The position numbers and the translations under genes were made by a program. A stretch of DNA of 64,000 nucleotides, from the NCBI GenBank assembly GCA_038231275.1, contig JBBRLQ010000007.1, forward strand, positions 96,001 to 160,000, given 5' to 3'. Origin of the DNA: Polyangiales bacterium (lineage in GTDB: Bacteria; Myxococcota_A; Polyangia; Polyangiales; Polyangiaceae). The notes beneath the pieces are model-generated. The model saw only the letters and a list, made by a program, of their open reading frames with translations. It searched no databases and was not told the origin of the DNA. Shown here piece after piece: positions 20,208-30,437 of the stretch (position 1 is its first letter; each line of letters starts with the position of its first letter).

Positions 20208-21710
20208 ATGGCGCGCGGGCGATACTCTGAAGCAGTGTCGGAGGCCGTGCCCAGAATCGGACTCCCGTCTCCGGGAGACGTGATCGACGAGAAATACCGG
20301 ATCATCCGGTCGATCGGCGAGGGCGGCATGGGGCACGTGTTCGAGGCCGCGCACCTGCGGATGGGACAACGCGTCGCCATCAAGGTCCTGAAGCCCGCCG
20401 CCAGCCAGGCTCCCGAGGTCCTCTCGCGGTTCGATCGCGAGGCCCGCGCGGCGGGGCGCCTTCGCGGGGCTCACAGCGCGCGCGTCATCGACGTCGACAT
20501 CACGCCCGATCACCTGCCGTACATGGTCATGGAATACCTCGACGGGCACGATCTCCAGACGGAGCTCGAGCAGCGTCAGGTGTTCCCGGTCCTCGAGGCG
20601 ATCGACTACGTGCTGCAGGCGTGCGCCGGAATGGCCGAGGCCCACGACATCGGCATTGTGCACCGCGACCTCAAGCCGTCGAACCTCTTTTTGTGCGACG
20701 ACGGGGACCGGCGCATCGTCAAGATCCTCGATTTCGGGATCTCCAAGATCCTCGACGAGGCCTCGAAGCTCACCTCGACCGAGCTGACCGTCGGGACGCC
20801 GCTCTACATGTCGCCCGAGCAGGTTCGGTCGGCGCGCACCGTCGACGCGCGGACCGACATCTGGGCCCTCAGCATCATCCTGTTCGAGCTCTTGACGGGC
20901 AGGCCGCCCTGGGTCGGCAGCGGGCCGTCGGTGGCCGCCGCGATCGTGACCGATCCTCCTCCGCCGCTCTCCGAGTTTCGAGGAGACATTCCGCCAGGGC
21001 TCGAAGCCGTGCTCGTGAAGGCGCTCGCCAAGTCCGCCGGTGAGCGGTACCTCGACGTGTGCTCGTTCGCCGACGCGCTCCTGCCGTACTGCGCGAGCCC
21101 CACCAGCCTCGGCCGCGCGTCGCTGGAGAGCGCGCGTCGCGCCGCGCAGAGCGGGGTGTCGCTGATCAGGATCGGCAACCGATCGCCGGAGCTCGCGAAC
21201 GCTCCGACCGTGCTGAGCATGCCGAACGGCGGGGTCGCGGAGGTGTCTTCGGTGCCCGCGAGCGTTTCCGAGCGGAAAGCGGCCGTCACGACCGCCGGAT
21301 GGACGACGGGTTCTGGGCGGCGCTCGGCCCAGCGCACGCGCCTCCTCTTCGGCACCGCGCTCCTCGTCGCGGTCTCCGCCGTGGCCGTCGCGGTCTCCGT
21401 TGTCGTGCTCGCTCGGAAAGCTCCGCGGCTCTCGGCGACGGCGGAAGCTTCGAGCCTCGCGGCCGTACTGCCGCCGCCGCAGCCGATCGCCGAGCCGCCG
21501 CCGCTCGCGTCGTCCTCGCTGCCCATCGCGCTCGCGTTGCCCGCGCCCGTGCCGTCGGGTCCATCGTCCGCGAAGCCTGGTGTGGGAACGACGCGGCCGG
21601 TTCGACCCCCGCCCACGCGCGCGCCGACAGGGATCGCGTCGAGCCCTCCTCCGGTCCTGTATCCGCCCCCGTCGACGTCGCAGAAGCCCCCTCCGCTCTA
21701 CATGCCGTGA
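20208..21710 (+). CDS. membrane-anchored Ser/Thr protein kinase
   Basis: GEGGMG, VAIK, HRDLKPSN, DFG, GTPLYMSPEQ; TM segment and Pro-rich tail; start uncertain (20208 or 20235). Confidence 0.93.
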   Translation: MARGRYSEAVSEAVPRIGLPSPGDVIDEKYRIIRSIGEGGMGHVFEAAHLRMGQRVAIKVLKPAASQAPEVLSRFDREARAAGRLRGAHSARVIDVDITPDHLPYMVMEYLDGHDLQTELEQRQVFPVLEAIDYVLQACAGMAEAHDIGIVHRDLKPSNLFLCDDGDRRIVKILDFGISKILDEASKLTSTELTVGTPLYMSPEQVRSARTVDARTDIWALSIILFELLTGRPPWVGSGPSVAAAIVTDPPPPLSEFRGDIPPGLEAVLVKALAKSAGERYLDVCSFADALLPYCASPTSLGRASLESARRAAQSGVSLIRIGNRSPELANAPTVLSMPNGGVAEVSSVPASVSERKAAVTTAGWTTGSGRRSAQRTRLLFGTALLVAVSAVAVAVSVVVLARKAPRLSATAEASSLAAVLPPPQPIAEPPPLASSSLPIALALPAPVPSGPSSAKPGVGTTRPVRPPPTRAPTGIASSPPPVLYPPPSTSQKPPPLYMP

Positions 21711-21724
21711 TACGATCCGCGGGG

Positions 21725-22660
21725 ATGCGTTGGCTCCCTGCGCGCGCGGCGCTCTTCCTCTGTCTGGTAGGCCTATGTCTCCTCGCGAGCCCCGGCCCGG
21801 CGGCCGCCCAGGAGCGCACCGCCGTCGAGCTGAAGAAGAGCGGCAACGAGAAGATGGACGCCTCCGATTTCGTCGGCGCCCTCGAGGACTACACCGCCGC
21901 GCTCAAGCAGACGCCCGACGACGCGTCGCTCTACTTCAACATCGGCCGCGCCCACGGCTTGCTCGGCCACAATGTCGAGGCCCTCGGCGCGCTCGAGGAG
22001 TTCGGCAAGCGCGCGACGCCGGAGGTCCGCGCGCGCGCGCAGTTCGAGCAGCTCCAGACGCAGGCGCGCGCGAAGGTCTCGTACCTGACGGTCACGTGCG
22101 CAGTCGCCGGCGCGCGGGTCCTCGTTGGGCAGAAGGTCATCGGTGATGTCCCCCTCACGCGCGCGCCGGTCGACGCCGCGACGGAGCCGGTCCGAGTCCG
22201 CATCGAGGCCGACGGATACCGGGAGGACGTGCGCACGCTCGCTCTCCCCGGCACGCAGGAGTCTCGCCTCGAGTGTCGCCTCCTGACGAAGGCGACCTCC
22301 GGCACACTCGTCGTCACGACCGAGCCGCCTGGCTCGACGATCGCCGTCGATGGCCGCGAGCTCGGCAACCCGCCCCTCGAGGTTCCGCTCCCCGCCGGCG
22401 CGCACACAGTCCTCGCGCGTCGCGACGGCTACGAGGACGCACAGGTCCCGGTCGTCGTGAACGCGGGCGACGCCAAACGCACAGTGGACATCAAGCTCAC
22501 CAAGAACGCCCCGCTCACCTCGAAGTGGTGGTTCTGGACGACGATCGGCGTGGCGGTCGTCGGCGGCGTCGTCGTGACGGCGGCGCTCCTCACCGAGAAG
22601 CCGGCCGACAAGGGCAGCATCCCGCCCGGTCAGCTCTCCGCGCCGCTCGTTCGCTTTTAG
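21725..22660 (+). CDS. TPR + PEGA domain membrane protein
   Basis: Signal peptide, TPR-like YFNIGRAH, PEGA-like TEPPGSTIAVDG, C-terminal KWWFW TM segment. Confidence 0.85.
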   Translation: MRWLPARAALFLCLVGLCLLASPGPAAAQERTAVELKKSGNEKMDASDFVGALEDYTAALKQTPDDASLYFNIGRAHGLLGHNVEALGALEEFGKRATPEVRARAQFEQLQTQARAKVSYLTVTCAVAGARVLVGQKVIGDVPLTRAPVDAATEPVRVRIEADGYREDVRTLALPGTQESRLECRLLTKATSGTLVVTTEPPGSTIAVDGRELGNPPLEVPLPAGAHTVLARRDGYEDAQVPVVVNAGDAKRTVDIKLTKNAPLTSKWWFWTTIGVAVVGGVVVTAALLTEKPADKGSIPPGQLSAPLVRF

Positions 22661-22700
22661 TCTCTCTCCCTAGTCTCTCTTTCGCGCGTCGACGCTCGCT

Positions 22701-23339
22701 CTAGAACTCGACGCGCGACGCGAGGAAGGTGCCCCACATGCGCGGGGTCGTGAGCTGCTGCGGCTCGTGCACCTCACGGTAGAGCACGGTGAGATCGGTC
22801 TCGAGCGCGAGCTCCCAGCCGCGCATCATGTGGACCTCCACGCCGGCGCCAAACTGCCCAGCGAGCTCGACGTTGCGCGGGAGGTGCGGGATGATGTCCG
22901 TGTCGACGCGCCACTGACCGAGGCCGAGCTGTCCGAACGGAACGATGCGCCCCTCGCCGAGGCGGATGCGCGTCATGACCATGCGCGACGAGCGGCTGAC
23001 GCGGATGGCGTCGGTGACGGCGATGGGCCCGCCTGCCAGGCTTCGCGCGCCGCCCCAATCACGCGCAACGAAGGAGACATGCGGCGCCACGCCGAACGAC
23101 GCGCTGCCAAGCTCGCTCGAGGGCGACGTGCTGGGGCTCGTCTCCGTCGCGCGCGGCTGACCTTCGCGGCCACGCTCCGACTGCGACGCGAGCCACGTCA
23201 TTCCCTTGCCGAGCGCCTCTCCCCAGTCGACCGTCATCCTCGGAGAAATCCCACCGGACTCCGCGCGAGCATCCAAACCGACCACCATGATGGCGAGAGC
23301 ACATCCCGTCGCGAGCAACCGACAACCGACTCCGGGCAT
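22701..23339 (-). CDS. secreted protein, probable small outer-membrane beta-barrel
   Basis: AGGAGG SD; signal peptide ending ARA; alternating amphipathic strands; terminal Phe. Confidence 0.6.
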   Translation of the reverse strand: MPGVGCRLLATGCALAIMVVGLDARAESGGISPRMTVDWGEALGKGMTWLASQSERGREGQPRATETSPSTSPSSELGSASFGVAPHVSFVARDWGGARSLAGGPIAVTDAIRVSRSSRMVMTRIRLGEGRIVPFGQLGLGQWRVDTDIIPHLPRNVELAGQFGAGVEVHMMRGWELALETDLTVLYREVHEPQQLTTPRMWGTFLASRVEF

Positions 23340-23395
23340 CCGACCTCCTAGAGCGCCAATCGAAAGAGTGTCGACTGGACCTGGTTGGATCAATG

Positions 23396-23411
23396 AGCAA
23401 GGCGCGTGCCC
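23396..23411 (-). promoter_or_regulatory. sigma54 -24/-12 promoter upstream of the 22701..23339 gene
   Basis: Minus strand GGGCACGCGCCTTGCT = GG-N10-GC, matching TGGCACG-N4-TTGCW. Confidence 0.65.
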
Positions 23412-23670
23412 TTGCGGATTGCTCGCCCAATGTGCGGAGAAAGCCGCAGCTTTTGTGACAATGACGGGTCTTTTGCCGTGTGGCGAAGATGCACGTCGTG
23501 TGCGCATACGACTCGGCCGCGTTCACAGATGAGGCCGCTCGCCCTCAGACATGGATCCGGTGGGGATCAGGTCGGCGTTCACACCCGGTCCGCTGCAGCA
23601 GCTCGACGTCACTGGAAAAATCGCGCAGATTAGCGCGCGCGTGAGGGCTGGCTCGGCCGCGCGCGAAGCC

Positions 23671-24771
23671 ATGAAGCTCGCTTGCGTCCTTTTCGTCTCA
23701 TGCAGCGCGCTGGCGCCACTCGCCGGCTGCGGAGCGATCCTCGGCGCCGACTTCGATCGCGGCGCGGCCGTGGACGGCGACAGCGACGGCGGTCTCGGAT
23801 CGAGTGACGGCGCTGCCAGCGACGGCGCGACGACGGCCGACGGGCATGGGGGTTGCTGCGGCGCCGATGGAAGCGTCGACGACGGGAGCGGCGGTACGGA
23901 TGGTCCCTTCGTCGGGCCCGACGGCGCCGTGATCGCGCCGCGCGTCGTGCTGTTCGGCGGCTGGAACGGCTCGCAGGATTACGACGACACGTGGGAGCTC
24001 GACGGCGCGCGCTGGACCAAGAAGGTTGGCCTCGCGCCGTCTCCGCCCGCGCGTTCGAACCACGCGATGGCGACGCTCGCGGGCAAGGTCGTCCTCTTCG
24101 GTGGCTTCGATCTCGCGAAGACTCCGTTCGGCGACACGTGGGAATACGACGGCGCCGCGTGGACGAGCCGCAGCGTCTCGGGGCCGCCGGCGCGCTCCGG
24201 CCACGCGATGACGACGCTCGGAAACAAGGTCGTCCTCTTCGGCGGCGTCGGGGCGGCGGGGACCCCGCTAGGTGACACCTGGGTGTGGGACGGCGCGTCG
24301 TGGACGAAGGCAAGCGACGTCGGCCCGTCACCACGCAACGCACCGTCGATGGCGCCGCTCGAAAACAAGGCGGTGTTGGTGGGCGGCACCGACGCCGCGA
24401 AGAACGATCTCAACGACACGTGGCTCTGGGACGGCGCGACGTGGAGGTCCACCGGCGCCGTAGGACCGCCGCTCGCGACGCACGCGGGAATGGCGTCGCT
24501 CGCCGGCCACACGTTCCACTTCGGCGGCGCGGCGCTCGTCGCCGAGACGTGGGCGTGGGACGGCAGCGGCTGGACGCTCGTCAGCCAGACCGGCCCCGGA
24601 ATCCGCTACAGCCACACGATGGCCGCGCTGGGGAGCGTCATCTTCCTCTTCGGCGGCACCAACGGCGCGCCGCAAGGGGACACGTGGACGCTCGACGGAT
24701 CGACGTGGACCAAGCAGAGCTACCTCGGCCCCGCCGCGCGCCAAAACCACGCCGCCGTCACGTTCCCGTGA
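23671..24771 (+). CDS. Kelch-repeat (beta-propeller) lipoprotein
   Basis: Lipobox LAGC; six repeats of VVLFGG...DTW.(W/Y)DG..W. Confidence 0.88.
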   Translation: MKLACVLFVSCSALAPLAGCGAILGADFDRGAAVDGDSDGGLGSSDGAASDGATTADGHGGCCGADGSVDDGSGGTDGPFVGPDGAVIAPRVVLFGGWNGSQDYDDTWELDGARWTKKVGLAPSPPARSNHAMATLAGKVVLFGGFDLAKTPFGDTWEYDGAAWTSRSVSGPPARSGHAMTTLGNKVVLFGGVGAAGTPLGDTWVWDGASWTKASDVGPSPRNAPSMAPLENKAVLVGGTDAAKNDLNDTWLWDGATWRSTGAVGPPLATHAGMASLAGHTFHFGGAALVAETWAWDGSGWTLVSQTGPGIRYSHTMAALGSVIFLFGGTNGAPQGDTWTLDGSTWTKQSYLGPAARQNHAAVTFP

Positions 24772-26166
24772 TCACCGCACGCGGACGATGACCGGCCAGT
24801 CGTGGGAGTCGGTGGGCTCGAGCACCGACCGAACCACGAAATGAAAGTCTCCGCGCACCGCGTTGGCGGGCGCAGACACGGTCATGGTGAGCGCGTTTCC
24901 GTTGTGCGCCTCGGTGCGCGAGAGATCGGCGGTGATCCCATTGGCGATCGGGCCGACGTCGGTGGGATCGCCGGTCCCCTTGTCGCGGCCCGCGAACACA
25001 CGCGCGTCGTGGGGCAGCGCCGCGGTGCTGAAGAAATCGAGATCCGCGGTCACCGATCCGCCCGGCGCGACGACGAGGTAGCCGAGCACCTCGCGGCCGT
25101 TGCCCTTGATCTTCGGCGTGCGCACGGCGGCGCCGTAGTAGATGGGGCTGGCGAGCGGTGGCTGCGGCTCGCACGGCTCCTTGCTGGCGGCAGCGGCGGC
25201 GTTCGACCAGATCGGCTGCACTTTGTATCCGCTCTCGTCGTAGTCCGGCGCGAAGATGCAGACGTCGCCGTTCTCGTTGCCGGCCGTGCCGCCGCCGAGG
25301 AGCGGGATCCAGGCGTCGTTCGTGATGAGGCGGTAGGTGCCGTTCGTCAGCGGGAGAGGATCGCTCGCCGCCTCCGCGAACTCGTGGCTGGCCGTCACGG
25401 TGAGGCGATCCTTCGTCGCGGTCTTCGTCGCCGCGGGGCACCGCGGCATGACCGCGTACGAGACCTGCGATTGCTTTCCTTGGAACGTGACCGTCGCCTC
25501 GTCGTGGTAGCCGAGGAAGTCCGTGCACGCCGACGCGTTGCCGCTACTGATCTGCGTCGAGGTCGGGAAGTAGATCGCGTAGAGGATCTGATCTTGAGGA
25601 GGGGGGAGGTCGCCGCTGGCGATGCCGTCGGCGAGGAGTGTCTGGATGTCGCCGTCGGTGAGCGATTTCCCGGCGACCTTGGCGTCGTCGAGCTCCGCAT
25701 AGAGACCGCCGGTGCCGGCGCTCACGCGGTAGCCGGCCATCGTCTGGCTCCACCAGCTGCTCTTCGAAGACACGATGTAGTCGTCGAACGTCCGAAGCGA
25801 GTCGCGCCACTCGTCGGGGACGCGTCCGCTGCCGCCGTCGCCTGCGCCTCCCTCTCCGCCGCCGTCGCCCGCGCCGCCGTCGCCGACCGGCACGGCGTGG
25901 AAAAAGGTGACCGTGGCGAGCTTCATGTGATCGAGGACGGGGCCGCCTTGATCGTCGAGCTGCGGAATGGGCTGGTGCTGCGAGGGGTAGACGTCGGGTG
26001 GCTGCTCGCGGTCGGAACCGGCATCGACGGCGGGTGTCGTGTCGTCGATCGCGTCGGCGCCTGCGTCGGCGGGGGCCGCGGGAGAGTCGCCGCCGGTGCA
26101 TGCAAAGACGACGACGGGGAGCGCCAGCGCCGCGACGACGGCGAGGCTCGGAAGGATGCGGCTCAC
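24772..26166 (-). CDS. lipoprotein with Phi-1/EXORDIUM-like HExxE domain
   Basis: Signal ending VFAC; GYHD, TASHEFAEAASDP, ENGDVC, VQPIWSN; GTG start with GAGGAG SD. Confidence 0.65.
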   Translation of the reverse strand: MSRILPSLAVVAALALPVVVFACTGGDSPAAPADAGADAIDDTTPAVDAGSDREQPPDVYPSQHQPIPQLDDQGGPVLDHMKLATVTFFHAVPVGDGGAGDGGGEGGAGDGGSGRVPDEWRDSLRTFDDYIVSSKSSWWSQTMAGYRVSAGTGGLYAELDDAKVAGKSLTDGDIQTLLADGIASGDLPPPQDQILYAIYFPTSTQISSGNASACTDFLGYHDEATVTFQGKQSQVSYAVMPRCPAATKTATKDRLTVTASHEFAEAASDPLPLTNGTYRLITNDAWIPLLGGGTAGNENGDVCIFAPDYDESGYKVQPIWSNAAAAASKEPCEPQPPLASPIYYGAAVRTPKIKGNGREVLGYLVVAPGGSVTADLDFFSTAALPHDARVFAGRDKGTGDPTDVGPIANGITADLSRTEAHNGNALTMTVSAPANAVRGDFHFVVRSVLEPTDSHDWPVIVRVR

Positions 26167-26605
26167 ATTCTCTCCTCTTCCAATCATTTCGCGATCACCG
26201 CTGCCGGCCAGAAACGGGTGCACGAGCTGCTCCCCTTGGGTGAGCAGTAGCCGGCGCGGACCGCGTCCCCGCGGGAAGCGGGGCGAGCGCGATCATGGAA
26301 GCCGGCGCGAAGCGAAGGACCGCGAGCATGAGAGGAATACGGTTTCATAGCCGCTCCCCCTCATGCCGTCCCGTCTCACCGACGCCGTCTCTGGGAAAAA
26401 AGCAGCCCCGCGTGCTCTCCACCAGGGTTTTCCGAGTTGGCACGCCTGGTGGGACATGTGCGCGCCGACCGGGATCGGAGGCTGCCGCGAAACCCGAGAC
26501 GCGCCACTGCGTACGAGGGTCATGGACGCCGCGCTTCCGATCTGGTCGGTGATCGGCTGCGCGCCGTCGCCGCAGGTACGCGTGTTCCATGGTAGAAGCG
26601 CGGGC

Positions 26606-27178
26606 GTGGAAGAGGGCGACGGTGGCCGCGAGACGGCGCGCGTGGATGGCGCCATGGAGCGGTACGCGGCGGGTGACGAGTCCGCGTTCGCCGAGCTCTA
26701 CGATCTCCTGGCGCCGCGGCTCTTCGGCTACCTGATGCGCCAGACCCGCGAGCGCGCGCGCGCCGAAGATCTCCTCCAGCAGACGCTCCTCCAGATGCAC
26801 GCCGCGCGCGGGCGGTTCATCCCCGGCGCGCAGGTCACGCCGTGGGCCTTCGCGATCGCGCGGCGCCTCATGATCGACGGGCTGCGCCGCGGCAAGCGTG
26901 AGGTGCTCCGCGCGGAGGGCGAAGGCGGGGAGGGGAGCGAGCCGGTGGCCGACGCTCCCGCCGCGGACGATCTCGTGCAAGCGCAGCAGCTCGCCGGGCG
27001 CATCCAGAAGGAGCTCGCGCGCCTCCCCGAGAACCAGCGCGTCGCGTTCGAGCTGATCAAGCAAGAGGGGCTCAGCGTCGCGCAGGCCGCGCAGGTCCTC
27101 GGCACGACCGTCACCGCCGTGAAGCTCCGCGCGCATCGCGCGTACGAGGCGCTCCGCGGTATTCTGGGGGATACATGA
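26606..27178 (+). CDS. ECF sigma factor
   Basis: GDESAFAELY, AEDLLQQT, PWAFAIARR, LPENQR, AVKLRAHRA; start uncertain. Confidence 0.92.
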   Translation: MEEGDGGRETARVDGAMERYAAGDESAFAELYDLLAPRLFGYLMRQTRERARAEDLLQQTLLQMHAARGRFIPGAQVTPWAFAIARRLMIDGLRRGKREVLRAEGEGGEGSEPVADAPAADDLVQAQQLAGRIQKELARLPENQRVAFELIKQEGLSVAQAAQVLGTTVTAVKLRAHRAYEALRGILGDT

Positions 27179-27825
27179 AGACCGAGCTGCCTGCCGATCT
27201 TCGCGCGCGCGTCCTGTCGGCGGCGCAGGCGAGCCCGGCTCCGGCGCGCGCCGCGGTTCAGCGCGGCACGCTCGTCACGCTCCTCGTTGGGGTCGCGGCG
27301 CTCCTGGTCGTGTTCATCGCCGGCGGCGCGGACTTGAAGACGCGGCCTCCAGCCTTCGTCGCGATGACGGCCGGCGGATGGGCGCTGATCGCGGCGGCGG
27401 CGACGTGGGCAGGAGCGGCGCGCGGCGGAAAGATGCTCGGACGGAGCGCGCCGATCCTCGTCGTTGCCACCCTCGTCATCGGGCCGAGCTTCATGGCGTG
27501 GATGTTCCTCGGGACGACCATGTGGCCGGGCACCCTAGGCTACGACGCGCCGCTCCGCGCGCATCTCGTCTGCCTCGCGTTCGTCTGCGCGATGGCGATC
27601 GGGCCGTTCTTTGCGCTCGCCGTGATCCGTCGCGCGAGCGACCCGGTGCACCCGCGCGCGACCGGCGCGGCGCTCGGCGCGATCGCGGGCGCGTGGGCAG
27701 GGGTCATGGGCGATCTGCATTGCCCGGTCTCCGAGGCGATGCACGTCGGGATAGGTCACGTGTTGCCTGTCGTCTTGTTCGCGATCGTGGGCGCGCTCGT
27801 GGGGCGTCGCGTGCTCGGGATCTGA
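27175..27825 (+). CDS. NrsF/DUF1109-like membrane anti-sigma factor
   Basis: ATGA overlap with the sigma gene; several TM helices; HLVC, PVHPRATGA, DLHCP..HVGIGH. Confidence 0.75.
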   Translation: MKTELPADLRARVLSAAQASPAPARAAVQRGTLVTLLVGVAALLVVFIAGGADLKTRPPAFVAMTAGGWALIAAAATWAGAARGGKMLGRSAPILVVATLVIGPSFMAWMFLGTTMWPGTLGYDAPLRAHLVCLAFVCAMAIGPFFALAVIRRASDPVHPRATGAALGAIAGAWAGVMGDLHCPVSEAMHVGIGHVLPVVLFAIVGALVGRRVLGI

Positions 27826-27841
27826 GGACCGACGAACGGGA

Positions 27842-29338
27842 ATGGCCGAACCTCCGCTGCGCATCGTCATGGTCTCGGCCGAGATGGAGTCGCTCGCACG
27901 CACGGGCGGGCTCGGGGACGTCGTTCAGGCGGTGAGCGCTCACGTCGCGCGCCTCGGCGATCACGTCCTCGTCGTCACGCCGCTCTACGCGGTCACCAAG
28001 GTCCCGCCGGGCTGCACGCGTTGGCCGGATACCGTCCCCGTTCGCGTCGGGTGGGGACCGAGCGACGTGCGCGAGGTCGGCGTCCTCGAGCTTCCTCGCG
28101 CCGAGGCGGGTAGGCTGCGCGTCTGCCTCCTCGACGATCCGGCGCTCTTCGCGCGCGCGGGCCTGTACGGCGACGGGCAGGGTCCGTTCGGCGACAACGA
28201 TCTCCGCTTCGCCACCCTCTCGCGCGGCGCGCTCGGGATCGCGGCGCGCGCCTGGGGCACGGAGCCCGACATCGTGCACGCGCACGACTGGCACGCCGCG
28301 CTCGCGGTCATCTACGCGCGTCTGACGATGGGCGAAGCGTGGTCGCGCGTGAAGAGCGTCGTGACCATCCACAACCTCGGCTTCCAAGGCGCGCTCGGCG
28401 AGGACGCGCTCGACAGGCTCTCCATTCCGCGCGAGGCGTTCACCTCGGGCGCGCTCGATCATTTCGGCGCCGTGAACCTGATGAAGGGCGCGATCGCGTA
28501 CGCCGATTGCGTCACCGCCGTGAGCCCGACGTACGCGCGGGAGATCCAGACGGTAGAGGGTGGCTTCGGCCTCGACGGGTTCTTGCGGGATCACGCGACC
28601 AAGCTCGTCGGCATCCTGAACGGCATCGACGCCGAGCGCTTCGATCCGGCGACCGACTCCGCCCTCGCCGAACGCTACGATGCGGCGAGCCTCGAGCACG
28701 GCCGCGCGACCTGCAAGCGCGCGCTCTCGTTGGAGCTCGGCCTGAACGGCGGCGTGGGCGATCCGCTCTTCTCCACGGTGACGCGCCTGACCTGGCAGAA
28801 GGGGATCGATCTCTTTCTCGACGTCGTCCCGCTGCTCGTCGAACGCGGCGCGCGCGTCGTCATCGTGGGTCAGGGCGATCCCGACCTCGAAGGGCGCGTC
28901 CTCGCGATCGCCGCGCGTCATCCAGGCCGCGTCGCCGCGCGCATCGCCTTCGATCCCGCGCTCGCACGAAGGACGTACGCGGGCAGCGACTTTTTCGTCG
29001 TTCCTTCCCGCTACGAGCCGTGCGGCCTCACGCAGCTGTACGCGATGCGCTACGGGGCAGTGCCGCTGGTGACCGCGGTGGGGGGGCTCAAAGACACGGT
29101 CGTGCCGGTGCGCGCCGCGCAAAGCGAGGGGACGGGCATCGTCGCGTCGCACGCGTCCTCGACCGAGCTCGTGTTCGCAGTCGAGGACGCGCTCACGCTG
29201 TACGGCGATCCGCTGGCGATGCGCGAGCTGCGGCGTCGCGCGATGGCGCGTGACAGCTCGTGGACGACGTCCGCCGCCGCCTACGTCGCCCTCTACCGCG
29301 ACGTCGTCGATCGCTCTACGCCGCGCGCGTCGACTTGA
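27842..29338 (+). CDS. glgA: glycogen synthase (GT5)
   Basis: RTGGLGDV, HAHDWH, TIHNLGFQG, RLTWQKG, PSRYEPCGLTQL. Confidence 0.93.
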   Translation: MAEPPLRIVMVSAEMESLARTGGLGDVVQAVSAHVARLGDHVLVVTPLYAVTKVPPGCTRWPDTVPVRVGWGPSDVREVGVLELPRAEAGRLRVCLLDDPALFARAGLYGDGQGPFGDNDLRFATLSRGALGIAARAWGTEPDIVHAHDWHAALAVIYARLTMGEAWSRVKSVVTIHNLGFQGALGEDALDRLSIPREAFTSGALDHFGAVNLMKGAIAYADCVTAVSPTYAREIQTVEGGFGLDGFLRDHATKLVGILNGIDAERFDPATDSALAERYDAASLEHGRATCKRALSLELGLNGGVGDPLFSTVTRLTWQKGIDLFLDVVPLLVERGARVVIVGQGDPDLEGRVLAIAARHPGRVAARIAFDPALARRTYAGSDFFVVPSRYEPCGLTQLYAMRYGAVPLVTAVGGLKDTVVPVRAAQSEGTGIVASHASSTELVFAVEDALTLYGDPLAMRELRRRAMARDSSWTTSAAAYVALYRDVVDRSTPRAST

Positions 29339-30437
29339 TCGAGTCGACGCGAATGACGATGACGGTCACGTTGTCGAGTCCGCCGTTGGCGTTGGCCGCG
29401 GCGATGAGCAACTCGACTGCTTTTTTGGGCGGATTGTCGCGAAGGACCGCGCCGACGCTCTCGTCGGAGACCATCTTCGAGAGCCCGTCCGAGCAGAGGA
29501 GGTACGTGTCCCCAGGGAGCGGCTTGCCGAGCACGACGTCGATCGATACGCGCGGCCAGACCCCCACGGCGCGGCTCAGATGCGTCGCCGACGCGCCGCC
29601 GACGCCGAGGTCCTTCATCGTGTGATCGGCGGTCATCTGCCTGAGCATCCCGCCGCGCAAACGATAAACGCGGCTGTCGCCGACGTGCGCCAGGTAGAGG
29701 CGCTGCTTGTTGGGGGAGAAGCGCGCCGCGCACACCGTCGTTCCCATCCCGGACAGCGCGCGGTCCTGCTGCGCGTGACGGTAGATGTTCTCGTTCGCCA
29801 GCTGAACGGCGCGCGCGAGCTCGCGGGCGCGCTTCGGGATCTCGCCGGCATCCTTCTCCGTGAAGGTGTGCTCTTGGAACGCCTTCGCGATCGTCTCCAC
29901 GGCGAGCTTGCTCGCGACGGCGCCGCCGGTGTAGCCGCCCATACCGTCGGCGACGACGAAGAGGTTCGCGTCCTCGAGGACCAGCAAGCTGTCCTCGTTG
30001 CGCTTGCGGCGCCGGCCCGCATCCGTCTGCCCCGTCGCGCTGACCAGGATGAGCGCGCCCGCCTGCGTGGGCTCCTCGGGCTCGGCGTCCGTGTCGTAAA
30101 CGATCTTCGTCGTCGTCGCCGAGGCTCCTGGCGGCAGCCGTGCGCCTTCGCCGACGACCGTGCCGTCGGCCTCGGCGTCCTCGTCGTATTCGATGCGCGG
30201 CAGGCCCGGACCGGTGAGCGCGCGGATGTCCGACTTCAGCGGCACCTCGCCCTCCGAATCCGATGGCTCCGGCGCCACGCTGCGCGCGTCCCGCGGATTT
30301 GCCGGCGCAACGGGGAGGCCGGGCCTCGAGGGGGAACCATCGCGGCTTGCGCTCGAAAATAGACGAGCCACGACGAGGAGCGCCAAGAGGGCACCCACTA
30401 CGATCGCGACCAGCGTTTCAAACGGCACAGCGCTCAT
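29316..30437 (-). CDS. PP2C-family phosphatase with N-terminal TM anchor
   Basis: TM segment, acidic linker, NEDS, VADGMGG, HVGDSR, LCSDGL, GGLDN. Confidence 0.92.
   Translation of the reverse strand: MSAVPFETLVAIVVGALLALLVVARLFSSASRDGSPSRPGLPVAPANPRDARSVAPEPSDSEGEVPLKSDIRALTGPGLPRIEYDEDAEADGTVVGEGARLPPGASATTTKIVYDTDAEPEEPTQAGALILVSATGQTDAGRRRKRNEDSLLVLEDANLFVVADGMGGYTGGAVASKLAVETIAKAFQEHTFTEKDAGEIPKRARELARAVQLANENIYRHAQQDRALSGMGTTVCAARFSPNKQRLYLAHVGDSRVYRLRGGMLRQMTADHTMKDLGVGGASATHLSRAVGVWPRVSIDVVLGKPLPGDTYLLCSDGLSKMVSDESVGAVLRDNPPKKAVELLIAAANANGGLDNVTVIVIRVDSIKSTRAA

Noticed and set aside
26438..26453. TGGCACG upstream of the ECF sigma gene
   Set aside because: No GC at the -12 position
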